Of a stretch of DNA of 64,000 bases, positions 24,405-38,300 are shown piece by piece. Position 1 is the first letter of the stretch; each line of letters starts with the position of its first letter. The notes beneath the pieces are model-generated. The model ran no database searches. It saw only the letters and a program-made list of their open reading frames with translations, and was not told where the DNA came from. Position numbers and translations under genes: made by a program. The stretch covers positions 434,001 through 498,000 of the forward strand of contig JASANG010000424.1 of the NCBI GenBank assembly GCA_030248215.1. Reading direction: 5' to 3'. The DNA comes from Enoplolaimus lenunculus (taxonomy: Eukaryota).

Positions 24405-26626
24405 TACCATTATGCACGGTAATGGACGGCGTATAGCACGACGTATATCAGAACTCAGCATTTTGAGTTGATTCAATTCATTCTGAGTTAATTAATTAAC
24501 TCACTGTCGCAGTCATCTCAACTCCGCGTGAGAATCGACTCAACTGAGAGTGAGTTAAAATGTTTACTGATGTTAATTCAGTAATAACCAACTCACTAGC
24601 TGAATTGATGAATCAACTCAGTGGAATTTCACAGTGTACGCTTTCAATCTACCTACATAGAGGCCGCCGTTTATTGAGCTGCAGCCTAAAGATGGTTCCC
24701 GCATCAAAAACTATCACAGCTACAAAATAAGTTTTTCTAATTTCTGGGAAATCGAAAAGTCAAACTGTAGTTATTTGGGTTAACCCTATACTAGACAGAT
24801 TCAATTCAACGCAGTCCGACGAGTGTCATTGCTTACTGTACCATAGTCACAAATTCGAGTTGATTTTAAATTAAATTTCATTGAAAACTGAGATATTAAA
24901 CGCTATTAATCGCATGACTCACTCGACTGAGTCAATTTTGATTCTGCGGTATCAAAATCGGTCTGATTCTAGCGCACTGTAAATTCCGATGAGTTGATTA
25001 ATCAACTCAGATAGCGAATTACTCATTTCTGGTTATTTCTGAGTTAAAAACAGTAAACATTAACTCGCTCTGAGTTGGTTTGATTCCAGGCAATTAACTA
25101 GGAATGAGTTAATTCAATTCAGAATTCTGAGTTCTGAAAGACCTAATTCAGAGCTCACATTTCTGAGTGGATTCAACTCATCCTGAGTTCAAATCAACTC
25201 ACTGGAATTTATAGTGCGGTAAGTCTTTGTAGAATTTTGGTTTTTACTCACCAGTTTGTCCGGTTTTTCCCAGCTGCAAAAAAATATTCCCACGACCCAA
25301 AGTGGAATTTTTTCCCAGGCTACGAAAATATACACTGTATACTTTCATACGCTTTTAGATGGGCGACATTAAAAAATGCAACAATTCAATTTCAGATTGA
25401 AAATATCATTTAGCCGAAATGTCCACCTTCTGTCATCCTTCGGCATTCGTTGAAAAGTTTCAAGTCACGTTGAACATGGCGATATGTGATTGGTCGGTTG
25501 ACAAACAACAAACGCATAAAATTTTTAACGTCAGTTGGAGTTAATTTTGGTTCTGAAATAAATATTAGAAAAATTTTCAATAATGTCGCATGAACCAAAT
25601 GGCGATATTTGGTTTTATGTATAAAGCTAAGCTACAACCAATTATTGATAAGCTAACAACTCATCGAAAGCAATTTAATTGATAAAATATCCACGTTAAA
25701 ATGCACGCACATTTGTAAAAAATGTCCCTCCCGTTTGGGCCCCAACGTTGTCCCTACCCACTCTCTTTATACACTGTCTGAGATGTCAATATGTCATTGT
25801 CTGAACCCTTAGACAATGATGCTCTAGGCATAAATATGTACTTGTCCTGGCATCACTATCGGAACTGTTATTGTCCATAGTCCTTCAGAACAGACTCGAT
25901 TTTTTGCGTCGAATGATGCGTATGAATATGTGTGCACAGCGTGTCTTTTTAAAAGTGTGCGCGTGTGCTAACGTAATGTCCTGACATCGTACAGACAACG
26001 TGTGTTTGTCTAGAGTCCGTTCCGACAGAGTCTAGACAATTAACACTATATTTTAGTATCGCTATGAAACTGTACCTTGCCTCCAGCTAGTATGTGTACT
26101 TTGATGCTGTTCCAAATGCGGTGGGTTGAACATTTATTACATCGGCGCGTGCATTTTAATGTGGATGACCCATAAATGATAAAAATTTTTTATAAAAATT
26201 GCAATTTTAAACCAGCCTCTGTCTAGTCTAAATTGAAATTGATTTCGCATAAATAAAGAACAGCTTAAATACACAGGTCTTTTACACACAACAAACGTAT
26301 ATACTTAACTTCTGTTTGGGAAAATTTTGGTTCTGAAAATATTAATAAAATGGCCATCTTAAACCAGCATCTGGTGTATCTCGTCGGATTCGAACAGCTG
26401 CACTAGATGTGGCCCAAGCCTGATGACATAGAATATACGCATGCGACACTGCATATAGAACGACGCGGTTCGGGCATCTCCTTCGTTCCCAATGTCACGC
26501 AGTGCTATGGGACCAGCCAAAAGATGTCGTAAAGTTTCTCCAAAGTACTAGCGGCCGCCAGCCGCCAACTGTGGCCCAGGTCCAGATGCCAGCTGAAACA
26601 ACAACGCGAACAATGGTGAGACTTAC

Positions 26627-26801
26627 TGAACGCTCGAAGTTGAACGACAACACTTTTGAGTGGATGTCGGCCGCAAAATGGATCATCACCAAATTGTTTC
26701 ATTGTTGCCGTTTCTGCCGACTTTTCTGCACCCAAAATCGCCACAGCTGATAGCGAAATCAAACTCGGGATGATTACGCTTATTGCTAATTTATGCGGCA
26801 T
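26627..26801 (-). CDS. Candidate first coding exon with signal peptide (MPHKLAISVIIPSLISLSAVAILGAEK...PFCGRHPLKSVVVQLRAF); gene assignment unknown
   Basis: A TTTCAG acceptor lies just upstream of the ATG, followed by a hydrophobic signal-like stretch and a GTAAGT donor at 26621-26626. No domain was recognised. Confidence 0.35.
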
Positions 26802-28655
26802 AATTAATACCGTAACCTGAAAACTTTTCACCTGCAAAATGTGAATTGTATGGAAGGAACGGTGGCAAATTCACTGTAAACTCCATTGAATTGATTTTAA
26901 TAACTAAGAATGAGTTGAATCCACTCAGAAGCCTGAATTCTGAATTATATCTTTCAGCACTTAGAATTCTGAATTGATTGAACTCGTTGTAAGTTAATTG
27001 CTCAACTCACCCGGAATTAAATCAGCTCAGCATGATTTAATGCTTTTGTTATTGATATAAACTCAAAAATACAACCAGAAATGACTAATTCGCTCTTTGA
27101 GTTGATTAATTAACTAATATGGATTAACAGTGTTCCTGTATATCTCAGAGTACATCCGCAAGATTATCTCCGGCTCCGGCAGAGTTTTGTGTCAAAGGAT
27201 CCAGCTATTTTGATAATGAACACTCTTTACTTTTTGTAAATATTGTGTTGATCAATGAGTTCGTTGATACACTGTAAATCCGAGCGACTTGATTTTAACT
27301 CAGAATGAGTTAAATACTCAGTCTGAGGTATGACTTTCAGAACTCAGAATTTTGAGTAAATAAAACTCACTCTGACTTAATTATTCAAATTACGCGGAAT
27401 CAGCTGAACTCAGAGCGAGAATCAACTCAACTCAGAGTGATTTAATATTAAACTGTTGTTAACTCAGAAATAACTAACTCTCTGGTTGAGTTGTTTAATA
27501 AATTCATTGGAATTTAGAGTGAAATTTTTTTCGCAATTTCCAAAATTTCAGTTGACGAGAATTTAAGAAAAAACCTTAAAACAAACTTTTAACAGTATCG
27601 TGCTTGACATATTTCTTAAATTAGCAAAATAAGTGCAATGTAGCTAGCTTGTTGGTTTTCCATCCGGCTCCAAGATGTACAAGTTATAAAAAATGTATGT
27701 AGTCATTGTGGCAAATGTTGGCACCCTATTAAGTCTGGATTTAGACCTTAAATTAAAAGTATCACATGCCCTATACATACACCGAGTCAGTAACTATTTC
27801 GTGTTATTTTGTATTTAGTATATATTTCAATTACTGTTTAAATTTGAAATTGTGTAGTGAATCTTGCTGAGATTTAGGATTAGCCATCCCGGCGGAAGCA
27901 AGCACCCCCTTACAACCCCAGTGGGGGGGCCGATCCTTAGAACTAGAAGTCCCATCTTGGCAAACTAAATTTTGTTCGCGTATCACGAAGGTATAGAATT
28001 GTGAAACATTTTAGTGGGCCCCTAGGAACCTGTTGGGGGGACTATACTATCGCTGGCCCTGAAGCTTAGGCTTGATGTGAAACAAAGTATTTGACGGCCC
28101 TCAACGTAGCATCGACCATTTCTCTTATTTATACCAGTTGCTGCTAGTGAATCAGATCGCAGCCTTCTAACTGCAAAAACAGATGCAAGAAATCAGGTAA
28201 TCAGGGTAACTGTGTTCCGCGTCGTCGTGGGATGCCCACGTATTTGCTTCTAACTTTTCGTATTAAAGTTTAAACTCTGTTTAATTAGTATTATATTAAG
28301 TAAATTAAACTTTTCCAAGTGAAACTGCAGATGTTTGAGTTAAACAAAAACAAGGTCGTTGAAAGATATACTTTAAAACTTTTTTCAGCTTTGTCTTCAT
28401 GCGGAAATTTAGATCAAAGCTGAAGCCAAAAGTTTAAGCTAAGACAATGTTTCGCTATAATTAAGCTTTTTGGTAAAGTTCATAATTTCTTACTGTACAT
28501 TTGACATCAAATCAGTCATATAATTTTGTGGTAAAATATTTCGGTTCAAAACTACAAAATAATTTTTTCAACCATCAACTTTGCCTATCACTGTAAATTC
28601 CAATGAGTTGATTATATAATGAATTCAGCTAGCGAATTGGTTATTTCTGAATTAA

Positions 28656-29049
28656 CCCCTTCTCACATTGAGTTGCCTATAGGCAACTTAGCGCAGTGTA
28701 TATACGTTAAATAATATATATTGCACCGTGTTTAACAATTGCAACACGTATACATAGTACTAAATCACCACAAGACGTAGAGCCCCCTCGGGCTCGAGCG
28801 TCAAACTCCTATAGCTGAGTGGTGATGGTATACGCCTCCCACTCCAGTCACTAGAGTTCGAATCCTAGCATAAAAGTAGGTCTCAATAGTACTAAATCAT
28901 CACAAAAAGTAGAGCCCCCTCGGGCTCGAGCGTCAAGCTCCTATAGCTGAGTGGTGATGGTATACGCCTCCCACTCCAGTCACTGGAGTTCGAATCCTAG
29001 CATAAAAGTAGATCTCAGTGGAAATTAAAAATATTCATGTGAGAAAGGG
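28656..29049 (+). mobile_element. piggyBac-like element with duplicated tRNA-like module, nested in a CACTG family-B MITE (28589-29247)
   Basis: TTAA TSD at 28652-28655 and 29050-29053; the host MITE resumes on both sides. Confidence 0.85.
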
Positions 29050-32000
29050 TTAATATCAGTAAACATTTACTCACTCTGAGTTGAGTTGATTTTCACTTCG
29101 ATTTGAGTTGACTCTATGGGTGATTTGATAATTTAATAACTCAGAATAAATTGAATCAACTCAAAACTCTGAGTTCTGATAGTTCAAACTCCGACTGAGT
29201 GATTCAACACACTCTGCGTTAAAATCAACTCACTGAAATTTAGAGGGTAGCAAGAATCGATTCTGTATGGAAAAGTATGCAACTTACATGATTTCGAGTC
29301 GTACAAAATGTACGAGCACGTGTTGCGTTTGATCCCTACTCATCCGATTTTTATGGAGACATATCGGCGTCGCTCGCACTCTATACTGCCAATAACTAGT
29401 ACACTCTCATGGTTTTATATGAATATTGAAGCGGATAACTTTTTAACCTAGAAAATCAACGCTGTTATGCAAATCTTATACCCTCCTTGAACTGGAGTGG
29501 TATATAGGCTAAAAACGCAACGCGTTCTCTATTCAGTCACTGTAAATTCCAGTGTGTTGATTTTAACTCAGAATGAGTTGAATCTACTGAGAGGTCTGAG
29601 CTCCGAATTAGGTCTTTCAGAAGTCAGGAATCTGAATTGATTTAACTCATTCTGAGTTAATTTGTCAACTCACCCGAAATTATATCAACTCACAGTGAGT
29701 TAATATCTACTGTTATTAACTCAGAAATAGCCAAAAAAAACTAATTCTCTCTCTGAATAGATTAATCAACTCATTATACAGTGTTCTTTCGTACACGGAA
29801 TGTACTCAATTGCATACTCTTGTATCAAAAGCATCCTGAGTTCGTTAATAATAGCAAGCTTAATAGTTTGTGCTATTTTTAAAACTTTTCTCAAACTCAC
29901 AGTATCATTTCATAAATTTGACTGAATTTTTGTAAAAAAAACAATAATTGATTAGTGAAAATACACAATAGAACTGCAAGTTATATGTAACAAAAGCTGT
30001 CTTGTCTTGAAAATTGCAATATGATGCAACGGTCAAACCGCACCATGTTACATCAACCAATTTAATTGTTCTGATTGTATTAGGTTTTTTAGTAAAAATG
30101 AGAGAAATTAGAAAAATATATCGGCTATCGTTAAGAGCCACAGGGAAAGTCAATCAATAAATTCTCTTGTGAGCATTTAAGTAATTTTTAATAATTGAAA
30201 TGGTTTGAATTATTCGAAAGTTTGACAATGTGAGTTGTATCAATTCAATAGTTTCTACGCTACAACTCTCTTTTGGCAGGATTTCGTCAAAAATACATCA
30301 CTGTAAATTGCAGTGAGTTGATTTTACCTCCAGAATGAGTTGAATCACTAAGTCTGAGTTAAAATTATCGCACGCAACTCAAGCAGAATTTTGAGTTGAT
30401 TCTTCATTCTGAGTTAATTAATCAACTCACCCAGAATCAACTCTCAACTCATAGTCAGAATCAGCTCAACTCTCAGAGTGAGTTACAGTTTACTGTTATT
30501 ATAATTCAGAAACAACTAACTCGCTATGTGAAATTGATTAATCAACTCATTGCAATTTTACAGTGTAGTATTTTGACGACCAGATAGGGATTTTCAGTGC
30601 AAATCAGACATTGACCAGTTCATCAATTTACCTCGCCTGAAACTGTAATGCGTTGTTCACAATAAAAATTTTGTCAACAGTACAACAAAATCTCTTATAA
30701 GCCAGCGCTATCACATGATAATTTTCAATATTAATTTGTATTTTAAAGCGATGTCGACACTGCCAAAGATAGCAGGAACGCGTACTAGCGAAATAGAGAA
30801 AGCATCCCTTCTTGAGTAACCCTAGTTTCTCGAACTCAATTGTTTTTGCTCGCTACGCTCGTTGGCAAAAAAACGGTTTTACATATCGTTTATGCCTGCC
30901 GAAACCGAAATTCGAGGGACGATTGTGAATAAAACCAGGAGGTTTATAAGTATTTATTATATACTTATTAATATACTTAACAGTTTATTTTCATTAACGT
31001 TCGTAAATATGACATGGCTGACACGTGCCGCATGAGAAAGCAAGCTTAATTTGAATTGTGGTATCAATTATACAGTATTTCAAAGAATGACGCAAATATT
31101 ACTAATAGCGCTTTATGTAGAGTTGAAAGTCAATATTGATTGATATGCATGTAGGGAGTGTACTGTGGGGACCCGAATTAGACGAAGAAGGTAAGAGTTC
31201 AGAGTTAATAGAATCGGTATCAATAGGAGTTTATTTTCCTAAAAGAGTCCGTGACCGGATAGAGCCAATAGTTGACTAATTGGTATGTAAAGCCAATTAT
31301 ATAATTACGTTTCGTAAACGCTTTACTGGACTGTATTTACTATAGCACAGAATTGGATTCGCAAAATATATACTGCCTATATTCACAGCCAGGGTACAAA
31401 AGAAGGTCTGCCTCCGGCTCCGGCAGAAAATAGACCTCCGGCGTCAGGTAGACTCTTTGCCGGAGGTTCCGGCAATGTCGGTAGTAAAATTTTGCATAAT
31501 GCCGGAGGTTCCGGCAATGTCGGTAGTAAAATTTTGCATAATTTTCTTAAAGTTATCTGTTTAGCGCGTTTGATTAACTGTTGTCACAATTTTCACGAAA
31601 GAATTGCCGAAAATTGGCTGAAAATTAACGTGAAAGCAAACAACTTAACAATAACAACATTTTGCCGATATTAGCTAAAATTAACTAATTAACCATCATT
31701 TTTACTACTTAATTTCGCCTCACCTCCCGCTCCGGCTCCAGTTCCGGCAAGTTTCGTTGACTTCCGGCTCCGGTATTTTTCACCTCCGGTAGCACCCTGT
31801 TCATAGCAGCTTTTATTCAAGTCAAGTTTCGCTGCCAAATTTATCAAAACCTGAAGTATAGACATTCTACAGGAGTCACAGCCCGAGCCGCAGACAGACC
31901 TTCGGTTGTACCCTGATATTAACAACATAAAGCACGGAATACACGATATATATATACATATATATAAATGTTCAGCTGTCTAACAGCAGCATCTGCCAGA

Positions 32001-33299
32001 TAGCTTGCCACTAACCTGCGGTTTGATTTTGACAAAAACCTGCTAACAAGATTTATAGTCCCAATAAATTCCAGTGAGTTGATTGAACTCAGAATGAGTT
32101 GAATTACTCAGTCTGAGTTAAGACTATCAGAACTCACAATTCTGAGTTAATTCCCTCATTCTGATTTAATTAATCAACTTCTACGGAGTCAACTCAACTC
32201 ACTTTGAGAATCAACTCAACTCAGAGTGATTTAAACTTTACTGTCTCATTAACTCAGAAATAACTAACCTTCCGTCTGAGTTGATTATTAACTCATTAGA
32301 ATTTACAGTGATGTCAATATTAACGCATTAGCTCGAAATTTTGCATGAAACAAAACAACAGAATTAAAAAACAACTAAAGTTCATCAGCAAAACAGCAAA
32401 AACATTGTGGGTTCAATTAAACGTCAGTTGAAGCAACACAAATAAGGCGTCGCAAAGCATCGTAAACCAGTCGAAATTCAGCTAATCGACAACTTGTAAT
32501 CCGAAACGTTGTCAACTCGACAATTTGTCGCACTGTCGCACATCGTTATATTGCTAAGTTTTGGCTTGGCTTTTACTTTGGACTGTGCTTTAAGTTTAAA
32601 TACAGTTGGGCGACAAATTATTGTGTAAATTTTGCACAAATTATATACAGGTGCGTCCAATTCAGCTTCATCCCGACTACAACATTGGCCCTGAGACACG
32701 CAAGCAAATCTCGTTCGATGAGAAGAGAGAGACAAACAAATTTGTAACAGTTTGGTGCAACGTTTTGTTGCTCGTTTTCGCAAGTTGGTCAAGATTTACA
32801 CATTTTAAATAGTTTGTTACCACTTCGGAAAACAGTTTTTTCCATTGCCCTTTTTCAGGAGCGCAACCCTGGTGCGCCATGCCATAAGTACACATTAATA
32901 ATATAAAAAAACTTTGCGAGCAAAGCGAGCTAGAAGCCAAATACTATTTAAGCAACAAACAAACAAATTTTCTAACACTATGCAAAATTTCACTACCGAA
33001 ACTGGAACCCGAGGTCGATCTTCAGCCTTAGCCGAAAACAAACCTCCGGTTGTAAGTACCCATCCGGATACAAAATATATCCGATGCCCAACCACTACTT
33101 TCTGCACTTCGTAAATTATTCAGTTTTAGCGAGTTTTTAAATTTTTTGTATAAGATAAGGTACGAGCATAAAAGTACACGAAGATTTTTAAACTTTGTTG
33201 TTGTTGTTATTATTTGTGGTTTGGTTTAGCAAGATCATTTAGTGCGGGAGGCTGGGATGCCTCCCCTGATAAAATTAATCCTATGAAGCAACCTTTTTA

Positions 33300-33795
33300 T
33301 TGCTGTCCCATTTTCCCTGCGAAAGTATATAGCTACCCTACTTTCCCGTTTTCTTAAAGAATGTATATTGCTGCAAGGGTGTCCCCGCGAAGGGTATTGG
33401 GGTGCCGTTCTCCCAAGTTGACTCGGGCCAGACATTGTGATTAAAATTTGTTTTTCGATCCATTCAGTATCCTCTTGATCAGAAATATTCAAATCAACCG
33501 GCGTTTTCAACGAAAAAATACACAGTTTTATAAAGATATTGAAATCGCTGTCCCGTTTTCCAAGTAAAAAATTTTGTAGCTGTTCCATTTTCCCCAAACA
33601 ATCTTGTCCCGTTCTCACAGCGAAAGTATATCGCTGTCCCATTTTCCCGGCGAAAATTCGGAGCTGTCCCATTCTTCCATTTGCCCGAAACAAGCCTGTA
33701 CCATTAGAAATATGTCGTTTTCATATTCCCGGCAAAAATGTGCGGCTGTCTCATTTTTCTGTGTGCCCGAAACAAGCTTGTCCCATTTTCCAAGG
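33300..33795. repeat. Spaced array of the CTGTCCCATTTTCC motif
   Basis: About ten imperfect occurrences, spaced about 25-35 bp apart in 33545-33795; probably transposon subterminal repeats. Confidence 0.6.
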
Positions 33796-35374
33796 TACAA
33801 ACAGAAGTTTGACGCATGCAGAAAATCGGCCGCCGGCTCCGGTTTAATTTTTGCAGGAGGTTCCGGCAGCAAGTTTGCATAATTTTGCAAAATATATCGG
33901 TTTAGTGAGTTTCCTTGTATTTGTGTCACAATTTCCAGGAAAGAATTTCCGAAAATTCGCACAAAATTTGCCTAAAACCAACCGACTTAACAACATATAG
34001 CAGATATTGGCTAAAATTAACTAATTACAGGGTATAACCAGAGGTCTGCCTTCGGGTCCGGTTGAATTTTAGCCGGACGTTCCAACAATTTCGGCTGTAA
34101 AATCTGGCATAATTTTGCAAAATTTTTGTTTAGCGCGTATCGTTTGAGTTTTGCCACAATTTTCAGGAAAGAAGTTCCGATATTTCGCAGAAAATTAGTG
34201 TAAAACCAAACAACTTGAACAACGTACTTATTGGAGATATTGGCTAAAATTGACTATTTCATCATTACTACTAAATAAAAGTTCGCCTCACCTCCGGCTC
34301 CGCAATTTTTAACCTCCATTTGCACCCAGCATGCCGGATATCCGAAATGAAATTCTGTATTTCGAACATCTTAAACTAGATTTCGTTTTTGGTTCAATGT
34401 TTATTTGATGTAGGTGTTGCTCTGAAGGAAGCACCCCCACCTACAAGCTGATCGTTATGGGCGTACAACATGCAATTTTAAAAAACGTTTATGCAACTAG
34501 CTTAATGGTCCCGGATACTGAAATATATACTTGCATCGGAAACGTGAAATTGAGTTGGTGTCGTCAGATTTCAAAACCACTGCAAGATTCTATTGAATAT
34601 CATCCTGCCCTCGAACTATACACACAATACCAACCACACTGAAATCTATTTTGGAAAAATTGGGTTAAACAGCACCACCAAACTAAGCTTACAGTGATCC
34701 GGACGTGCCAAACTTGCTGAACAGATTTTTTACGTCGAGATGAACTAAATTTTTGCGAATTTTAAGTACAATAATTCTTGCTGAAGTCGTAAACTATACA
34801 TTAACTAATACGTAAACACTCGATAAAGTTGACACAAATTGTTTAATGTGAAACCCAAGCAACAAGCCCGTAGCCAGCCCACCTTGATGAGAGGGGGTTA
34901 AAATTTCTACAGGAGAGCATTCATTGGTTTTTAAATATGTGCTAAGCCATTTGCCCCCCCTGGCTACGGGCCCGCCCAAACACGAAAAACTAAAATGACC
35001 ATACTATGGTTAGGACAACACAATATTCCAATCATAAACATCAGGCTCCTAAATGCAAAAGTGCCACCTACCGAACGACATTAAACGATCACAGCTAAAG
35101 CACAACGAAGCCAATATTAAATACACCGAAACAAACAACCGTCACAAAATGCTAGAAACACGAAAAAAATTAAGAGCCCTAATTTCGAAACCAGGGCCCT
35201 TTGCGGGTTACAAAATACTGAAAGGGTGCATAAAAGCAGCAGAAGTACGCCTGTCTGCCACACGTTTAAAACTTTACGACAGCATGACAGCTTTAAGCAG
35301 AGATCGGGGTAAAACCAAAACATCAGTGCATGCATTAGGGTAAATGCAAGTACGGTGCTCTTGTACATGAACAT

Positions 35375-38300
35375 TTAAATGATATTCTGTCGTGGAGAAG
35401 CCGTAACAATATGTTTATCCGCTGAAAAATAATGAAACCGCAACATTAATACGCATGTAACCATCAGGCTTCAGAAATATCTGCAAATTTTCAAGGAGCA
35501 ATACCCAGTTGCGTCTCTATGTATTTGCGACCAGCGGCGCTAGAGCGGACACTGAAATGATATGAAACATAAAGAACAGTAAGATGTCTAGCCCTGCAGA
35601 CTCTGTTGAACCGACGTAATATACAAATTTTCCTAGACGCAGCTTACCATGAAAGTAACTATAGCGTGCTCATGACTGCTTTAACTTTTCAATCCATGGC
35701 ATGGTTAAATTAAGGGCCCACGATTTGCAAGCTATAGATACGTATTTATGTCCTTCCAAAAACGGAAACTAGACAATCTTTGCAACCCGAATCGAGAATT
35801 TTATCCGATTTGCGTACACGCATTAAAATGATTTTCCAACTTCGGCGTAAATTTTGCACTTACCATTGCTGCAACAAAAACTGCGCGAGTTGAATTTGAT
35901 TTTCACTTCCGCTGATCGTAATAATGCGTTCATCGTTGCCGGTGGTTTCGGAATCGATTGAGATCTGTGCACCGCATTCGCTACGAATGCGTGCAATACG
36001 TTCGCCACCTTTGCCAATAATTGTGCCCGCCAAGTCATTCGGAATGGTTACTTGTGTCGTTTGAACTGGGCCACCGTCTGCTGGCGGAGGCATACCACCG
36101 CCCATAGGTCCGCCCTACAACGCCAACATTAGCAATAAAACGATTCATTTCGACATCGTAACTTTTTTAAATACAAAATTTCTATAGTTTAGACTACGAA
36201 TGTGTTCAAAAAATTAAAAATTAGTGGTGTCGACACTAAAATTATTTCCCGATGCCGATTTTTATACACGGCGCTTAAGGAACTGACAGAATTACTTATA
36301 TGGCATCGCTAGAAACGTGAAGATTCTCAACAGTATAAACGGTTACAGTCTTGTGAAAATAGTTGATTTCAATAACTTTTTAGACACAAATACAAGAGAT
36401 CTCACAGTTTCGTGATAAGACGCATTGAAATACGCCAGCAAGTAAAATTAAAAGCACTCCAACGCACTGCTAAGTGCAAAAATATCGGGAACTTTTTACA
36501 GTTCCGACGGTTGATACGTACTAAAAGTGCCGATATCACCGATGCCGATTAATCGGCATAAAACTAGCAAAAATTCAAGTTTCTACTTCCGATAAAGAAG
36601 GACGTTGACCCCGGGGCGTTTCTAATATCTTATGCAAACAATAAACAGTGAAGATATTCAGAATGAAAGAGCAGTTAATAACAATAGCCGCAATAATCAT
36701 CAAGCAATATAATATTTACATTAAGCCGAAAACGTACCATGCCACCCATCATGCCACCTCCACGAGGTCCACGCATTCCCATTGGTCCGCCGCGTCCAGG
36801 AAACCTAAAACAATCAACCGAGATACTCATAGTCGTCATAAACATAAGATACACATACATCATGGTGCAAACGGAATCCCGATAAATTTTTACTGGAATA
36901 AAAAATTCCGGCATTAAATGTTGGTCGGTGGAAATTAAGATATTTTACTAAAAATGATGATAAATTGAAATAGATTTCATTACGTAGTACAGTATACCAG
37001 TCGTAGTGGGACTACATGTATTGAGCGAAGCTCGATCACACGTAAGTAGTTAAGCTAATATACAAATTAGTTATTAGCTAACTATTCATTGCTTAGTTTT
37101 GGAGGTTTGTAAACGATTTATTCAGATTCCTCGCACTCAAAAACCCTTCAGTAACCCTAATAATTTGAGAAATTATTTAGAAAGCCATTATTTAGGCTTA
37201 CGCATCAACAAAGGAAATATGCAAATTTGCTATTAAGTAACTATTCGATAGTCGGTTTTGAAGGTTTGAAGACAGTTTATTCAGATTCCTCAATCCCAAA
37301 AAACCCATTATTGTTGAAATTAGATTGCTTGGAACCCTAATAATTAGTGAAATATTGCAAAAACGTCTAATTTAGACATCAATTATATGCAAATTATCTA
37401 TTAACTAACTGCTCAATTATCGGTTTTACAAGTTTGTAAACAGTCTATGCATATTCCTCGCATTCAAAAACCGTTTAATGCTGAAATTTGATTGCTTGTA
37501 ACTGTAATAATTAGTGAAATATTGTAGAAAGCACTAATTTAGGATCAATTAATTATGCAAATTAGCCTGTAGTTAATAAACGGCACAAAATTATAAAACC
37601 CCAATGCGAGGTTAACACCACAGGAATAATTGGCTTTCAAACAAAAAAGTTTATCAAAATCGATTCAGCCGTTCCAGAGATTCTTTTCGGAATGCATATC
37701 TCCAACTAGGGTGCAATTTTGATATTCACTTACATTCCACCACGACCCATACCGCCGCCGCCCATGGGTACACCGCCACGTCCGCCACCGCGGCCTCCAC
37801 CGCCACCCATTGGAAATCCACCACGGTCCGGTGTGTAGCCGCCATATTGATCGACGTACGACGGATCAAAATTTTCCGGGTCATACGGTTGCCAGTCACC
37901 TTTTGGTGGAGACTACAAAAAAGTGTTTATGTTAATTTGCGATCTGTGTGGTCGCAGCAAAATGTTTAAAAGCCGTTTCACGATAGTTGGATACGTACGT
38001 AAGCAGCACAACCGTAAATATTCGGCATCCGATACAAACGATTCCTTCAAAGCTTCCGCATCGACATGCCAATATACAACTTAGTGTATACATCAACAGC
38101 AGGGTGCAACCGGAATTACAATTTACCGGAACCGGAATTTAAAACAATTACCCAAAAACGGAACTGGAAAATACATGCCACCGAAAAATTCATTTTAATT
38201 TTCTTTTTGCAATAATATTGGTGAAATAACCCTTAGTTGGAGATAGGTATTCATTTTCGGTTTATTTTCGGCGTTTGTCAAGGTTTATATACTATACGAA

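Noticed and set aside
32478..33114. Cys-containing ORFs downstream of hnRNP K
   Set aside because: No recognisable domain, and no consistent exon chain could be built.
35481..35504. Alternative acceptor giving hnRNP K a DISEA C-terminus
   Set aside because: It would require a 24-nt intron, which is implausibly short.
35552..35863. miR-7, which lies in the last hnRNP K intron of flies and vertebrates
   Set aside because: I found no TGGAAGACTAGTGATTT-like sequence in the 3' introns. Only TGGAAGGAC in a short hairpin is present, which lacks the full seed.
37190..37200. Telomerase RNA template (TAAGCCTAA on the sense strand of an hnRNP K intron)
   Set aside because: It lies in one unit of a diverged tandem repeat whose other units read differently at that position, and no supporting structure was seen. 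CCTAAGC at 48891 is too short to be persuasive.
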